Positions 9,346-18,344 of a DNA stretch of 32,000 nucleotides are shown here, in pieces. This DNA is from an uncultured Flavobacterium sp. (GTDB taxonomy: Bacteria > Bacteroidota > Bacteroidia > Flavobacteriales > Flavobacteriaceae), in assembly GCF_963922255.1 (NCBI RefSeq), contig NZ_CAWUIC010000016.1, positions 11,360-43,359 of the forward strand, given 5' to 3'. The position numbers and the translations under genes are program-made. The notes under the pieces were generated by a model. That model saw only the letters and a list, made by a program, of their open reading frames with translations. It was not told the origin of the DNA and searched no databases. Numbering within the stretch: the first letter of the stretch is position 1; the number at the start of each line of letters is the position of its first letter.

Positions 9346-11385
9346 ATGAAGTTGAAAAAAAAAATAAGCCTTTTTTTTAGGAGAAGAAGAAAAGTTAAAC
9401 AACTTGAAGATAAACTAAAAAACATACAACCTAAAGTACTTACTAAAATTGACAGAACACCTATTTCATTTAAAAGTTCTGAAAATCCAAAAGTTTCTAT
9501 AATTATTCCTTTTTATAACCAAGAAATTTACACTTGGAATTGTCTTCAGTATTTACATAAGAACTTGACTGATAATTATCCATTTGAAATTATATTAATT
9601 GACGATAATAGTTCTGAGAAATATGATTTCACAAATGCTTCTGGAATTAATATTATTAAAAATGAAACTAATTTAGGCTTTTTAAAAAATATTAACAAAG
9701 GAATAAACGCTTCCAAAGGCGAGTATGTTTATTTATTAAATAATGACACAGAAGTCTATGAAAACTTTCTAGATGAACTTTTTTATGTCTTTGAGAACCA
9801 TATGAATGTTGGTGCTGTTGGTTCTATGTTATTAAATCCAGATCAAACATTACAAGAAGCTGGTTCTGTCTTTATGAAAGATTTTACTATTCATCAAATT
9901 GTGAGAAACAGAAAACCGTTTTATCCAGAAGTTAATTATATAAGAAAAGTAGATTATTGCTCAGGATGTAGTTTATTATTTAAAAAGCATAAAGATAATG
10001 GAGATTTAAATTTATTCGATGAACAATTTGCTCCAGCTTATTTTGAAGAAACTGATTTATGTTTTGATTTAAAGTACAATCAAAATAAAAGTGTTTATTA
10101 TACACCTTTTTCTAAGGTTTTACATTTTAATGGAATTACATACAACGATAAATCTAAACAAAATCAAGAAAGTAATAACCGTAAAGAAATTTTATTTAAA
10201 ACGAATCAAAAGAAGTTTTATGATAAATGGAATCAACAAATAAATAGCATTCAAGCTGAATGTGTTGAAGATAGAATTTTAGAAATCAACAACAATAAAT
10301 CTATTTTATTTATAAACGATACTGTTCCAGAATTTGATAGAGATTCAGGTTCCAATAGATTGAAAGAAATTATGAATGTATTTGTAGAAAAAGGGTACAA
10401 TGTATCTTTCGTTTCTAAAGATATATTCATATGGCAAGCCTATTTAGAAGTTTATCAAAGAATGGGAATTAATAGTTTTTATGAACATTTGCAGTACAAA
10501 GATTATAAATATTTTATTTCAAAATATTGTGCAAATGCTAACTATGTTTGGATTTATGGTCCTAATAGTTTTAAAAATTATTATGAAAAAATTAAATCTC
10601 TTTTTTCAAATGCAAAATTCATTTATGATATGGTTGACATTCATCATTTAAGATTTAAAAGAGCATCTGAAATCAACAAAGAAGATAAAAGTAATTTAAA
10701 AAACTATTTAGCCTACAAAAAAATTGAACTAGAAGCCGCAAAAGTATCTGATTATACAATTACTATTTCTGATGACGAAAAAGAGTTCATGAAAACATAT
10801 TGTGATGAAGAAAAACTAATTACAATATCTAATATTCATTATCCTAAAGTAAAACAAACAGAAATAAATCAGTTTGACCATAGAAGTGATATTCTATTCA
10901 TTGGTTCTACACATCATCCAAATGTAGATGCTATTTATTTTTTATATAATAATATAATGCCAATTGTATGGAAGTCTTATCCAAAAATGAAAGTAAATAT
11001 TATTGGTAATATAAATACTGTTGTTAAAGATATTACTGATGAAAGATTCATTTTCCATGGTTTTGTTTCTGATATTGAACCACTATTTAATAATGCAAAA
11101 TTAATGGTAGCTCCTTTATTGATTGGTGCAGGTGTGAAAGGAAAAATCGGTCAAGCTTTTGAATATTACCTACCTGTTGTAACAACTAGTATTGGAGCAG
11201 AAGGAATGTTTTTAAAAGATGAAGAAAATGTTTTAATTGCAGATGAACCAAAAGATTTTGCTAACTCAATTATAAAATTATACACTGATGATGTCATTTG
11301 GAAAAAACTTTCTCAAAATTCAGAAAAAAGTTTGTACCCTTTTTCTATTGAAAAAGTAAATGATGTTATTAATGAAAATTTTTAA
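9346..11385 (+). CDS. Two-domain glycosyltransferase: N-terminal GT2 fused to a C-terminal GT4-like GT-B domain
   Basis: The N-terminal half has VSIIIPFYNQE, LIDDNSS, LLNNDT and YFEETDLCFDL. The C-terminal half has FDRDSGSNRLKEI and GAGVKGKIGQAFEYYLPVVTTSIGAEGM. Size is 679 aa. Confidence 0.75.
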   Translation: MKLKKKISLFFRRRRKVKQLEDKLKNIQPKVLTKIDRTPISFKSSENPKVSIIIPFYNQEIYTWNCLQYLHKNLTDNYPFEIILIDDNSSEKYDFTNASGINIIKNETNLGFLKNINKGINASKGEYVYLLNNDTEVYENFLDELFYVFENHMNVGAVGSMLLNPDQTLQEAGSVFMKDFTIHQIVRNRKPFYPEVNYIRKVDYCSGCSLLFKKHKDNGDLNLFDEQFAPAYFEETDLCFDLKYNQNKSVYYTPFSKVLHFNGITYNDKSKQNQESNNRKEILFKTNQKKFYDKWNQQINSIQAECVEDRILEINNNKSILFINDTVPEFDRDSGSNRLKEIMNVFVEKGYNVSFVSKDIFIWQAYLEVYQRMGINSFYEHLQYKDYKYFISKYCANANYVWIYGPNSFKNYYEKIKSLFSNAKFIYDMVDIHHLRFKRASEINKEDKSNLKNYLAYKKIELEAAKVSDYTITISDDEKEFMKTYCDEEKLITISNIHYPKVKQTEINQFDHRSDILFIGSTHHPNVDAIYFLYNNIMPIVWKSYPKMKVNIIGNINTVVKDITDERFIFHGFVSDIEPLFNNAKLMVAPLLIGAGVKGKIGQAFEYYLPVVTTSIGAEGMFLKDEENVLIADEPKDFANSIIKLYTDDVIWKKLSQNSEKSLYPFSIEKVNDVINENF

Positions 11386-11434
11386 TTTTTTTCCAATTAT
11401 TAAATTTAAAACTAAAAAAACTAAAAACAAATAA

Positions 11435-13303
11435 ATGTCGCAGAAAAAATACTTCCCTCATATTGATGGATTACGTGGAATTGCTGTTTTATTAGTTTTA
11501 CTGTTTCATCTTGATAATTCCCTTTTCAAAGGAGGATACATTGGTGTAGATGTTTTTTTTGTAATTAGTGGTTACTTAATTAGCACAATACTAATTAATA
11601 AAATTGATAGCAATTCCTTTTCATTTAAAGACTTTTATCTGAGAAGAATGAAAAGATTGATGCCTGCAATGCTATTTGTAGTAATATTGACAATAGTAAT
11701 GGGATATATCATTTTTCCTTTACACTTATTAGAAAAATCTTTAAAATCATCAACTGCATCAATATTATCTTTTTCAAATATATTCTTTTTCAATGAATCT
11801 GGTTATTTTGATTCAGGAGCTCATTTAAAACCATTACTTCATACATGGTCATTATCTGTTGAAGAACAATTCTACTTAATTTGGCCTTTTCTATTATTTT
11901 TTACTTTAAAAATCAAGAAAAAAATTTATAGGATTTTAGTGTTAACAACTATAGGTGTTATTAGTTTAATTTATTGTGAGTATTATTTAACCATAAATAG
12001 TTCTGCTGCATTTTTCTTAACACCATTTCGCGTTTTTGAATTTCTTATTGGAACTTTACTTTTTTGGACAAACAAAATTGAATTTAAATTGTTTATCAAA
12101 GAAGTACTTTCATTTATTAGTATTACTGGATTAGTTTTTCTTAGTTATTTTTATGACAATAATGTAGCTTTTCCGGGTGTTAATGCTTTATTACCTTGTC
12201 TTTTTTCTGCAATTTTAATACACAATACTGGACAATCAAAATATGTAAGTTTAATTTACAACAATCAACTTATTAGATGGTTTGGTAAAATATCCTATTC
12301 ATTATACCTTATTCACTGGCCATTTATTGTGTTTTACAAATTTTTATACACTCAAGAATTAGATTTAATAGACCAATTCATTCTATTTATTGCTTCTACT
12401 TTTGTAGGATTTCTCATTTACAAATTTGTTGAAACTCAGTATAGAGAAACAAGAAACAACAGCAAACCTTCAAATACAATCATCTATATCATTTCAACAA
12501 TAGCCTTAATTTTAACAGTTAATTTGCTGATACTTAAATTTGGCTCATTTATTTTCAACACAAAAAACACAACTAACTACAGTTTAAAACAAATAGAAAA
12601 CGGAAAAGAATTAAGGTTTAAATTTTGTAATGAACAGTTTTTAAATGACATAGCTTTAGAAGAAACAAGTCACAAAGAACAAGTTTTAATACTTGGTGAT
12701 AGTCATGCACCAGATGCACTTAATTTTTTAAAACTTGCCTATCCAAATTATGATTATAGAATGCTGACAGAAGGAGGTTGTCCACCAATGATCAAGTCAG
12801 ATTTAAAATTAATTGAAAACCATCCAGTAGAAATAAAAAACAATTGTTATGCTTTAATGGATAAGATTATCACATTAGATTTATCGGGTTATGAATATAT
12901 TGTAATCAATGTTATGTTTGATTGGTATAAACCTGACAATTTAGTTAATTATATCAAAGAGTTAAAAAAGAAAACTGATGCTCAAATAATTGTTTTTGGT
13001 AATTATATAATTCTAAATGATGATTTGGTTAACCATCCCAATTTAGCTAAAAGTTTAACTAATGATGATATTAAAAGTTTAGCATTATATGAAAATGAAT
13101 TAAAACTTAAATCTAAAGGGCTATACAGATATATTAGTAAAAAGGATTTATTGTGTAAAAATAATTCAAACGACATTAAAGATTGTGTTATTTTTACAGC
13201 TCAAAATGCTCCAATGACTTATGATAGTAATCACTTAAGCTTTGAGTTTGCTGAAATAATTTCAGATAGTTTATTAGCAAAAAAAACAAATGTCTTTAAT
13301 TAG
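11435..13303 (+). CDS. Acyltransferase family 3 with C-terminal SGNH domain (OatA-like glycan O-acyltransferase)
   Basis: The N-terminus is HIDGLRGIAVLLVLLFH with about 10 hydrophobic helices. The C-terminal domain carries LILGDSHAPDA (SGNH block I). Confidence 0.85.
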   Translation: MSQKKYFPHIDGLRGIAVLLVLLFHLDNSLFKGGYIGVDVFFVISGYLISTILINKIDSNSFSFKDFYLRRMKRLMPAMLFVVILTIVMGYIIFPLHLLEKSLKSSTASILSFSNIFFFNESGYFDSGAHLKPLLHTWSLSVEEQFYLIWPFLLFFTLKIKKKIYRILVLTTIGVISLIYCEYYLTINSSAAFFLTPFRVFEFLIGTLLFWTNKIEFKLFIKEVLSFISITGLVFLSYFYDNNVAFPGVNALLPCLFSAILIHNTGQSKYVSLIYNNQLIRWFGKISYSLYLIHWPFIVFYKFLYTQELDLIDQFILFIASTFVGFLIYKFVETQYRETRNNSKPSNTIIYIISTIALILTVNLLILKFGSFIFNTKNTTNYSLKQIENGKELRFKFCNEQFLNDIALEETSHKEQVLILGDSHAPDALNFLKLAYPNYDYRMLTEGGCPPMIKSDLKLIENHPVEIKNNCYALMDKIITLDLSGYEYIVINVMFDWYKPDNLVNYIKELKKKTDAQIIVFGNYIILNDDLVNHPNLAKSLTNDDIKSLALYENELKLKSKGLYRYISKKDLLCKNNSNDIKDCVIFTAQNAPMTYDSNHLSFEFAEIISDSLLAKKTNVFN

Positions 13304-13341
13304 GCACATATATATTATCAAAAGTAAAAACACAAAATCTT

Positions 13342-14256
13342 ATGAAAGCTAAAATAAAAGTCGGATATCTTATTTCATACGATTATAATTATTTAATGAA
13401 TTCACTTGAAAGCATTTATAAATATGCTGATTTAATTGTATTATGTTATGATAAAGATTTTAAAACTTGGTCAGGAAATAAGTTTTTGATACCAGATAGT
13501 TTTTTTGAATCCATAAAAAAATTTGATACAAAAAATAAAATAAAGTTTTATTCTGATACTTTTTATATTCCAGAAAATATTTCAAATCCAATGTTAAGTG
13601 AAACAGTACAAAGGAATAAATTAGGTGAATTCATGGGAAAAGGTGGTTGGCATATTCAACTTGATGTAGATGAATATGTTTATGATTTTAAAAAAATGTT
13701 TACTTACCTCAAAAAAAGTGCTTTTTTATTAAAAGATCCCATTAACAAACCATATTCATTAATAGCACAATTTGTTGTTCTGTATAAAAAAGATGAAAAC
13801 GGTTTTTATGTAATAAATCCTATAAATGAAGATTTTTACTTTGCAACAAACAATCCAAAATACATAAGAGCAAGGCAAACAAATTGGACATGTTTGTATA
13901 CTGATCAAAGAGTACTACATCAATCTTGGGCAAGAGACGAACATGAAATAAAACAAAAATTAGATAACTGGGGACATAAAAATGATTTTAACGGTGACGA
14001 ATATTTTAAAAAATGGAAAAATATAAATGTCAATAATTATGAAAAATTAATTGACTTTCATCCAGTAGAACCAAAAGTTTGGCATAAATTAGTTTTATTA
14101 AAATATAAAGATGTAAAATCATTGATTAAAAATGCAAGCATTTTATTCCCTCAACCTCACACATATTCAATATTGTTAAATTTAAAGAAACAAATGAAGC
14201 TTCCTTTTTTATTAAAAGTTGAATTAAAAATAAAAAAGTTTTTATTTGAAAAATAA
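13342..14256 (+). CDS. Hypothetical protein, possibly a divergent GT-A fold glycosyltransferase
   Basis: SETVQRNKLGEFMGKGGWHIQLDVDEY mirrors the E..QRN.G....W...LD.DE arrangement seen in the GT2 gene at 860-1621 (GPQRTHGL...DWILNLDADEF). There is no other recognisable motif. Confidence 0.4.
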   Translation: MKAKIKVGYLISYDYNYLMNSLESIYKYADLIVLCYDKDFKTWSGNKFLIPDSFFESIKKFDTKNKIKFYSDTFYIPENISNPMLSETVQRNKLGEFMGKGGWHIQLDVDEYVYDFKKMFTYLKKSAFLLKDPINKPYSLIAQFVVLYKKDENGFYVINPINEDFYFATNNPKYIRARQTNWTCLYTDQRVLHQSWARDEHEIKQKLDNWGHKNDFNGDEYFKKWKNINVNNYEKLIDFHPVEPKVWHKLVLLKYKDVKSLIKNASILFPQPHTYSILLNLKKQMKLPFLLKVELKIKKFLFEK

Positions 14257-14259
14257 ATC

Positions 14260-14820
14260 ATGAACACAGAAATACACAACGCATACGAAGTAATAAAAGA
14301 AGGTGGAATAATCCTTTATCCAACTGATACTGTTTGGGGAATTGGTTGTGATGCATCTAATGAAGAAGCCGTTGCAAAAATATATGCTCTTAAAAAAAGA
14401 GAAGAAAGCAAAAGCATGATTTGCCTTATGAATTCTGAAAAAATGGTTTTTAACGTTTTTAAAGACATTCCAGAAGTAGCTTGGGAAATTTTAGATTTGT
14501 CGGAAAAACCTACTACTTTAATTTTAGATAAACCTAGAAATGTAGCGAAAAATTTAGTCGCTCAAGATGATACTCTTGCCATCAGAATTGTAAAAGAGCC
14601 TTTTTGTTTTAAATTAATGGAACGCATGAAAAGACCTTTGGTTTCTACTTCTGCAAACATTTCGGGTGAACCAACACCAAAATCCTTCAAAGAAATATCA
14701 TCTGAAATTATAAAAGGTGTAGACTATGTAGTAAATTTGCATCACGAAAAAATTTGCAAAAATCCTTCAACAATTATAAAACTAGGATTAGATAGTCAAG
14801 TGAAAATTATTCGTAAGTAA
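14260..14820 (+). CDS. tsaC: L-threonylcarbamoyladenylate synthase (YrdC/TsaC family)
   Basis: It has ILYPTDTVWGIGCDA, KKREESKSMICLM and VSTSANISGEP. At 186 aa it is a single-domain YrdC-type protein. Confidence 0.8.
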   Translation: MNTEIHNAYEVIKEGGIILYPTDTVWGIGCDASNEEAVAKIYALKKREESKSMICLMNSEKMVFNVFKDIPEVAWEILDLSEKPTTLILDKPRNVAKNLVAQDDTLAIRIVKEPFCFKLMERMKRPLVSTSANISGEPTPKSFKEISSEIIKGVDYVVNLHHEKICKNPSTIIKLGLDSQVKIIRK

Positions 14821-14827
14821 TTAAATA

Positions 14828-14848
14828 ACCGCAGATTCGCAGATTTTT
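14828..14848. repeat. Left arm of a perfect 21-bp inverted repeat bracketing the GxxExxY ORF
   Basis: ACCGCAGATTCGCAGATTTTT contains a tandem octamer CGCAGATT x2 (14830-14845). It ends 5 nt before the ATG at 14854. Confidence 0.95.
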
Positions 14849-14853
14849 TTACA

Positions 14854-15237
14854 ATGGAAGATTATTTACATAAAGAAGAAACATTTAAAATCATAGGAAT
14901 ATTATTTGAAGTTCATAAAAATCTTGGAAAAGGATTTTCTGAAATTGTATATAAAGATGCTATCGAGTTTGAATTTAATGAAAATAAAATTCCTTTTGAA
15001 AGAGAAAAAGAATTTTCAGTGAATTACAAAAACACAACCTTAAAACACAAGTTTTATGCTGATTTTGTGGTTTTTAATAAAATTATTCTAGAAGTAAAAA
15101 CAGTTGATTGCTTTAACAACAGTCATTATAATCAGTGTTTAAACTATTTACGAGTATCTAATAATGAATTAGCTTTATTAGTTAATTTTAATTCTATTTC
15201 ACTTGAATACAAGAGAATTGTAAGAACAAAAAAATAA
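14854..15237 (+). CDS. GxxExxY protein (PD-(D/E)XK nuclease-fold family)
   Basis: GFSEIVY matches GxxExxY. ADFVV...ILEVK supplies a D...ExK nuclease-type triad. The 127-aa size is typical of the family. Confidence 0.8.
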   Translation: MEDYLHKEETFKIIGILFEVHKNLGKGFSEIVYKDAIEFEFNENKIPFEREKEFSVNYKNTTLKHKFYADFVVFNKIILEVKTVDCFNNSHYNQCLNYLRVSNNELALLVNFNSISLEYKRIVRTKK

Positions 15238-15256
15238 AAATCTGCGAATCTGCGGT
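15236..15256. repeat. Right arm of the perfect 21-bp inverted repeat
   Basis: AAAAATCTGCGAATCTGCGGT is the exact reverse complement of 14828-14848. It begins inside the TAA stop codon (15235-15237). Confidence 0.95.
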
Positions 15257-15262
15257 AAAAAA

Positions 15263-16690
15263 ATGAATTACACAAAAGCTCTAAATAACCCAATTTTTAA
15301 AATCATTGCAAAGGCAAGTCAAGAACTTAATGTTGAAACTTATGTTATCGGTGGTTTTGTTCGCGATTTTCTCTTAAATAGACCTTCTAAGAAAGATATA
15401 GACGTCGTTGCTGTTGGAAGTGGTATTGATTTAGCTCTTAAAGTTTCTGAGCTCTTACCAAACAAACCAAAAGTCCAACTTTTTAAAAACTACGGAACAG
15501 CAATGCTTCGTTACAAAGACACAGACATCGAATTTGTAGGTGCTAGAAAAGAAAGCTATCAAACAGAAAGTCGAAATCCAAAAGTTGAAATTGGAACGCT
15601 TCAAGATGATCAAGAAAGAAGAGATTTTACTATAAATGCTTTAGCTTTTTCTTTGAATGAAAACAATTATGGTGATTTAGTTGATCCATTTAATGGTGTT
15701 TCAGATTTGGAATCTAAAACCATCAGAACACCTTTAAATCCTGATATCACTTATTCTGATGACCCTTTACGAATGATGCGTGCAATTCGTTTTGCAACAC
15801 AATTGAATTTCGAAATCGAGGCTGAATCTTTAGAGGCTATTTCAAGAAATAAAGAACGAATTTCAATCATTTCTGGAGAACGAATTGTAGACGAATTAAA
15901 CAAAATTCTTTTAACAGACAAACCTTCAATTGGCTTTCTACTTTTATACAAAACTGGACTTTTAGACATTATCCTTCCTGAATTAACTGCATTAAATAAT
16001 GTAGAAGAAATTGAAGGTCATACCCATAAAAACAACTTTTATCATACCTTAGAAGTTGTAGATAATATTTGCCCAAATACTGATGATGTCTGGTTGCGTT
16101 GGGCTGCTTTGTTGCACGATATTGGAAAAGCTCCCACAAAAAAATTTAGTAAAAAGAATGGATGGACATTTCATGGACATGAATTTTTAGGGGGAAAAAT
16201 GGTAAAAAAAATCTTCATAAGATTACACATGCCACAAAACCAAAAAATGAAGTTTGTCCAAAAAATGGTTATGATGAGCTCGCGTCCAATTGTTTTATCA
16301 GAAGATATTGTCACCGATTCAGCTGTTAGAAGATTGATATTTGATGCTGGTGAAGATGTTGAAAATTTGATGACACTTTGTGAAGCTGATATTACTACTA
16401 AAAACCCTCATAAATTCAAAAAATACCATAACAATTTTGATATTGTTAGGCAAAAAATTGTCGAAGTTGAAGAACGTGATCATGTAAGGCAATTTCAACC
16501 TCCTATTTCAGGTGAAGAAATCATGGAAATTTTCAATCTAAAACCTTCAAGAGAAATCGGTGTTTTGAAAGAAGCTGTTAAAGAAGCCATATTAGAAGGA
16601 GAAATTCCTAATGAATATGAAGCTGCTTACCAATTTATTTTAGTAAAAGCAGCTAAGATGGGTTTAACTCCTATTCAAAAAAACAAATAA
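15263..16690 (+). CDS. cca: tRNA nucleotidyltransferase (CCA-adding) / poly(A) polymerase family protein with HD domain
   Basis: GGFVRDFLL...DIDVVA is a pol-beta nucleotidyltransferase motif, followed by [12 protein letters not shown] and the HD motif LLHDIGK. Size is 475 aa. Confidence 0.75.
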   Translation: MNYTKALNNPIFKIIAKASQELNVETYVIGGFVRDFLLNRPSKKDIDVVAVGSGIDLALKVSELLPNKPKVQLFKNYGTAMLRYKDTDIEFVGARKESYQTESRNPKVEIGTLQDDQERRDFTINALAFSLNENNYGDLVDPFNGVSDLESKTIRTPLNPDITYSDDPLRMMRAIRFATQLNFEIEAESLEAISRNKERISIISGERIVDELNKILLTDKPSIGFLLLYKTGLLDIILPELTALNNVEEIEGHTHKNNFYHTLEVVDNICPNTDDVWLRWAALLHDIGKAPTKKFSKKNGWTFHGHEFLGGKMVKKIFIRLHMPQNQKMKFVQKMVMMSSRPIVLSEDIVTDSAVRRLIFDAGEDVENLMTLCEADITTKNPHKFKKYHNNFDIVRQKIVEVEERDHVRQFQPPISGEEIMEIFNLKPSREIGVLKEAVKEAILEGEIPNEYEAAYQFILVKAAKMGLTPIQKNK

Positions 16691-17200
16691 ATGACATCTT
16701 TTACTTTTAGAAAAGCAACCTTAAAAGATAAAACTGCAATTTGGAATATTGTTCAAGATGCTATTTTAAGAAGAAAAAAAGATGGCAGTTCACAATGGCA
16801 AGATGGTTATCCTAATGAAGGAATTATAGAAAATGACATAAAAAGCCAAGCAGGATACGTTTTAACAGATGAAAATATTGTTATTGGCTATTGTGCTGTG
16901 TTAATCAATAACGAACCTGAATACGAAAAGATTATAGGAAAATGGATTACAAATGAAGATTTTGTAGTGGTACATCGTATTGTAATTGACACTCGTTATT
17001 TAGGCAAAGGCTTGTCAAAAGTTATTTTAAAAAACATTGAAAATCATGCCCTAAATAACAATATTAAAAGTATTAAAGTTGATACTAATTTTGACAATAT
17101 ACCCATGATGAAAATTTTTGACCAAATGGGTTATATCTATTGTGGTGAAGTCTATTTTAGAGGTAGTCCAAGAAGAGCCTACGAAAAAGTTCTTTCCTAA
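16691..17200 (+). CDS. GNAT family N-acetyltransferase
   Basis: RYLGKGLSK matches the acetyl-CoA binding Q/RxxGxG/A motif. Size is 169 aa. The ATG directly abuts the cca stop (TAAATG). Confidence 0.75.
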   Translation: MTSFTFRKATLKDKTAIWNIVQDAILRRKKDGSSQWQDGYPNEGIIENDIKSQAGYVLTDENIVIGYCAVLINNEPEYEKIIGKWITNEDFVVVHRIVIDTRYLGKGLSKVILKNIENHALNNNIKSIKVDTNFDNIPMMKIFDQMGYIYCGEVYFRGSPRRAYEKVLS

Positions 17201-17241
17201 ATTTTATGATTTGTTTTTTGAAGTTAAAGTAAAAAAACAAG

Positions 17242-17249
17242 TAATTTTG
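17242..17249 (+). promoter_or_regulatory. Bacteroidota-type -7 box (TAnnTTTG) for the heme A synthase gene
   Basis: TAATTTTG is an exact match 19 nt upstream of the ATG at 17269. There is a TTG-containing stretch about 25 nt further upstream. Confidence 0.4.
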
Positions 17250-17268
17250 TAATAAATGAAATCAAGTA

Positions 17269-18288
17269 ATGAAAACGAATAAACCAGTCATCATTTGGCT
17301 ACTTTCAGGATGTGTGTTGTTATTTATCATGGTAATGGTTGGAGGAATTACGCGTTTAACCAATTCTGGTTTATCGATGACCGATTGGCATTTAGTTACC
17401 GATACATTTCCTCCTTTAAGTGAAGAAAAATGGGTGGATGCATTTGAAGAATACAAGAAATTCCCTGAATACCAAAAAATTAATATTCACAACGATTTTA
17501 CACTTTCTGATTATAAATTCATTTATTTTTGGGAATGGTTTCACCGTTTTATTGGACGAATTATCGGTATAGTCTTTATTATTCCTTTCTTTTATTTCTT
17601 AATCAAAAAGAAATTAGATTCATCAACCATAAAAAAATGCATCATCTTATTATTGATGGGTGCTTTTCAAGGCTTTTTAGGTTGGTTTATGGTTAAAAGT
17701 GGTTTAATTGACAATCCAGATGTGAGTCATTTTAGATTGGCTTTACACCTAACTTTCGCATTTATTACCTTCGCTTACACACTTTGGGTTGCTTTGGATT
17801 TAATTTATCCAGAAAAAAACGAAATCTATAAATCACTCAGAACAATTGCGAGAATAGCTTTTGTAGCTTTAATCATCCAAATTATTTATGGTGGTTTTGT
17901 TGCTGGTTTAAACGCTGGTTTGGTTCATAATCATTGGCCTTTGATGAGTGATGGGCAATTCATACATGATAGCGTTTTTATTGAACAATCTACCTTATTT
18001 AAAAACTTGGTTGAAGGGAAAAGTGGTGTTCAGTTTGTTCATAGAACATTTGCTTATGTTGTAGTTGCTTTAATTGGTTATTTATATTACAAGAGCCGAA
18101 AAATCAACTTAAACACTACTCAAAAGAGAGGAATGAAAGTGCTTTTATCATTTGTATTTCTACAATTCATTCTTGGTGTTTTCACTTTACTTTTTCATGT
18201 TCCTTTGTGGTTAGGATTGACGCATCAGCTAATGGCTTTTTTACTTTTATCAGCAATGACTTTTGTGTTGCATCGTTTATCTAAATAA
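17269..18288 (+). CDS. ctaA: COX15/CtaA family heme A synthase
   Basis: It has about 8 TM helices. The N-terminus GGITRLTNSGLSMTDW, plus WEWFHR and VHRTFAY histidine motifs, are typical of COX15/CtaA. Confidence 0.8.
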   Translation: MKTNKPVIIWLLSGCVLLFIMVMVGGITRLTNSGLSMTDWHLVTDTFPPLSEEKWVDAFEEYKKFPEYQKINIHNDFTLSDYKFIYFWEWFHRFIGRIIGIVFIIPFFYFLIKKKLDSSTIKKCIILLLMGAFQGFLGWFMVKSGLIDNPDVSHFRLALHLTFAFITFAYTLWVALDLIYPEKNEIYKSLRTIARIAFVALIIQIIYGGFVAGLNAGLVHNHWPLMSDGQFIHDSVFIEQSTLFKNLVEGKSGVQFVHRTFAYVVVALIGYLYYKSRKINLNTTQKRGMKVLLSFVFLQFILGVFTLLFHVPLWLGLTHQLMAFLLLSAMTFVLHRLSK

Positions 18289-18344
18289 AAATAGTATATT
18301 TACTATTCCGACTATATTGTCACATTTCTTTTTGATTATTATGA

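Noticed and set aside
18290-18307. A 7-bp AT hairpin (AATAGTA / TACTATT) after the ctaA stop as a possible terminator.
   Set aside because: The stem is AT-only and there is no downstream T tract. The next gene starts 38 nt later and may be co-transcribed.
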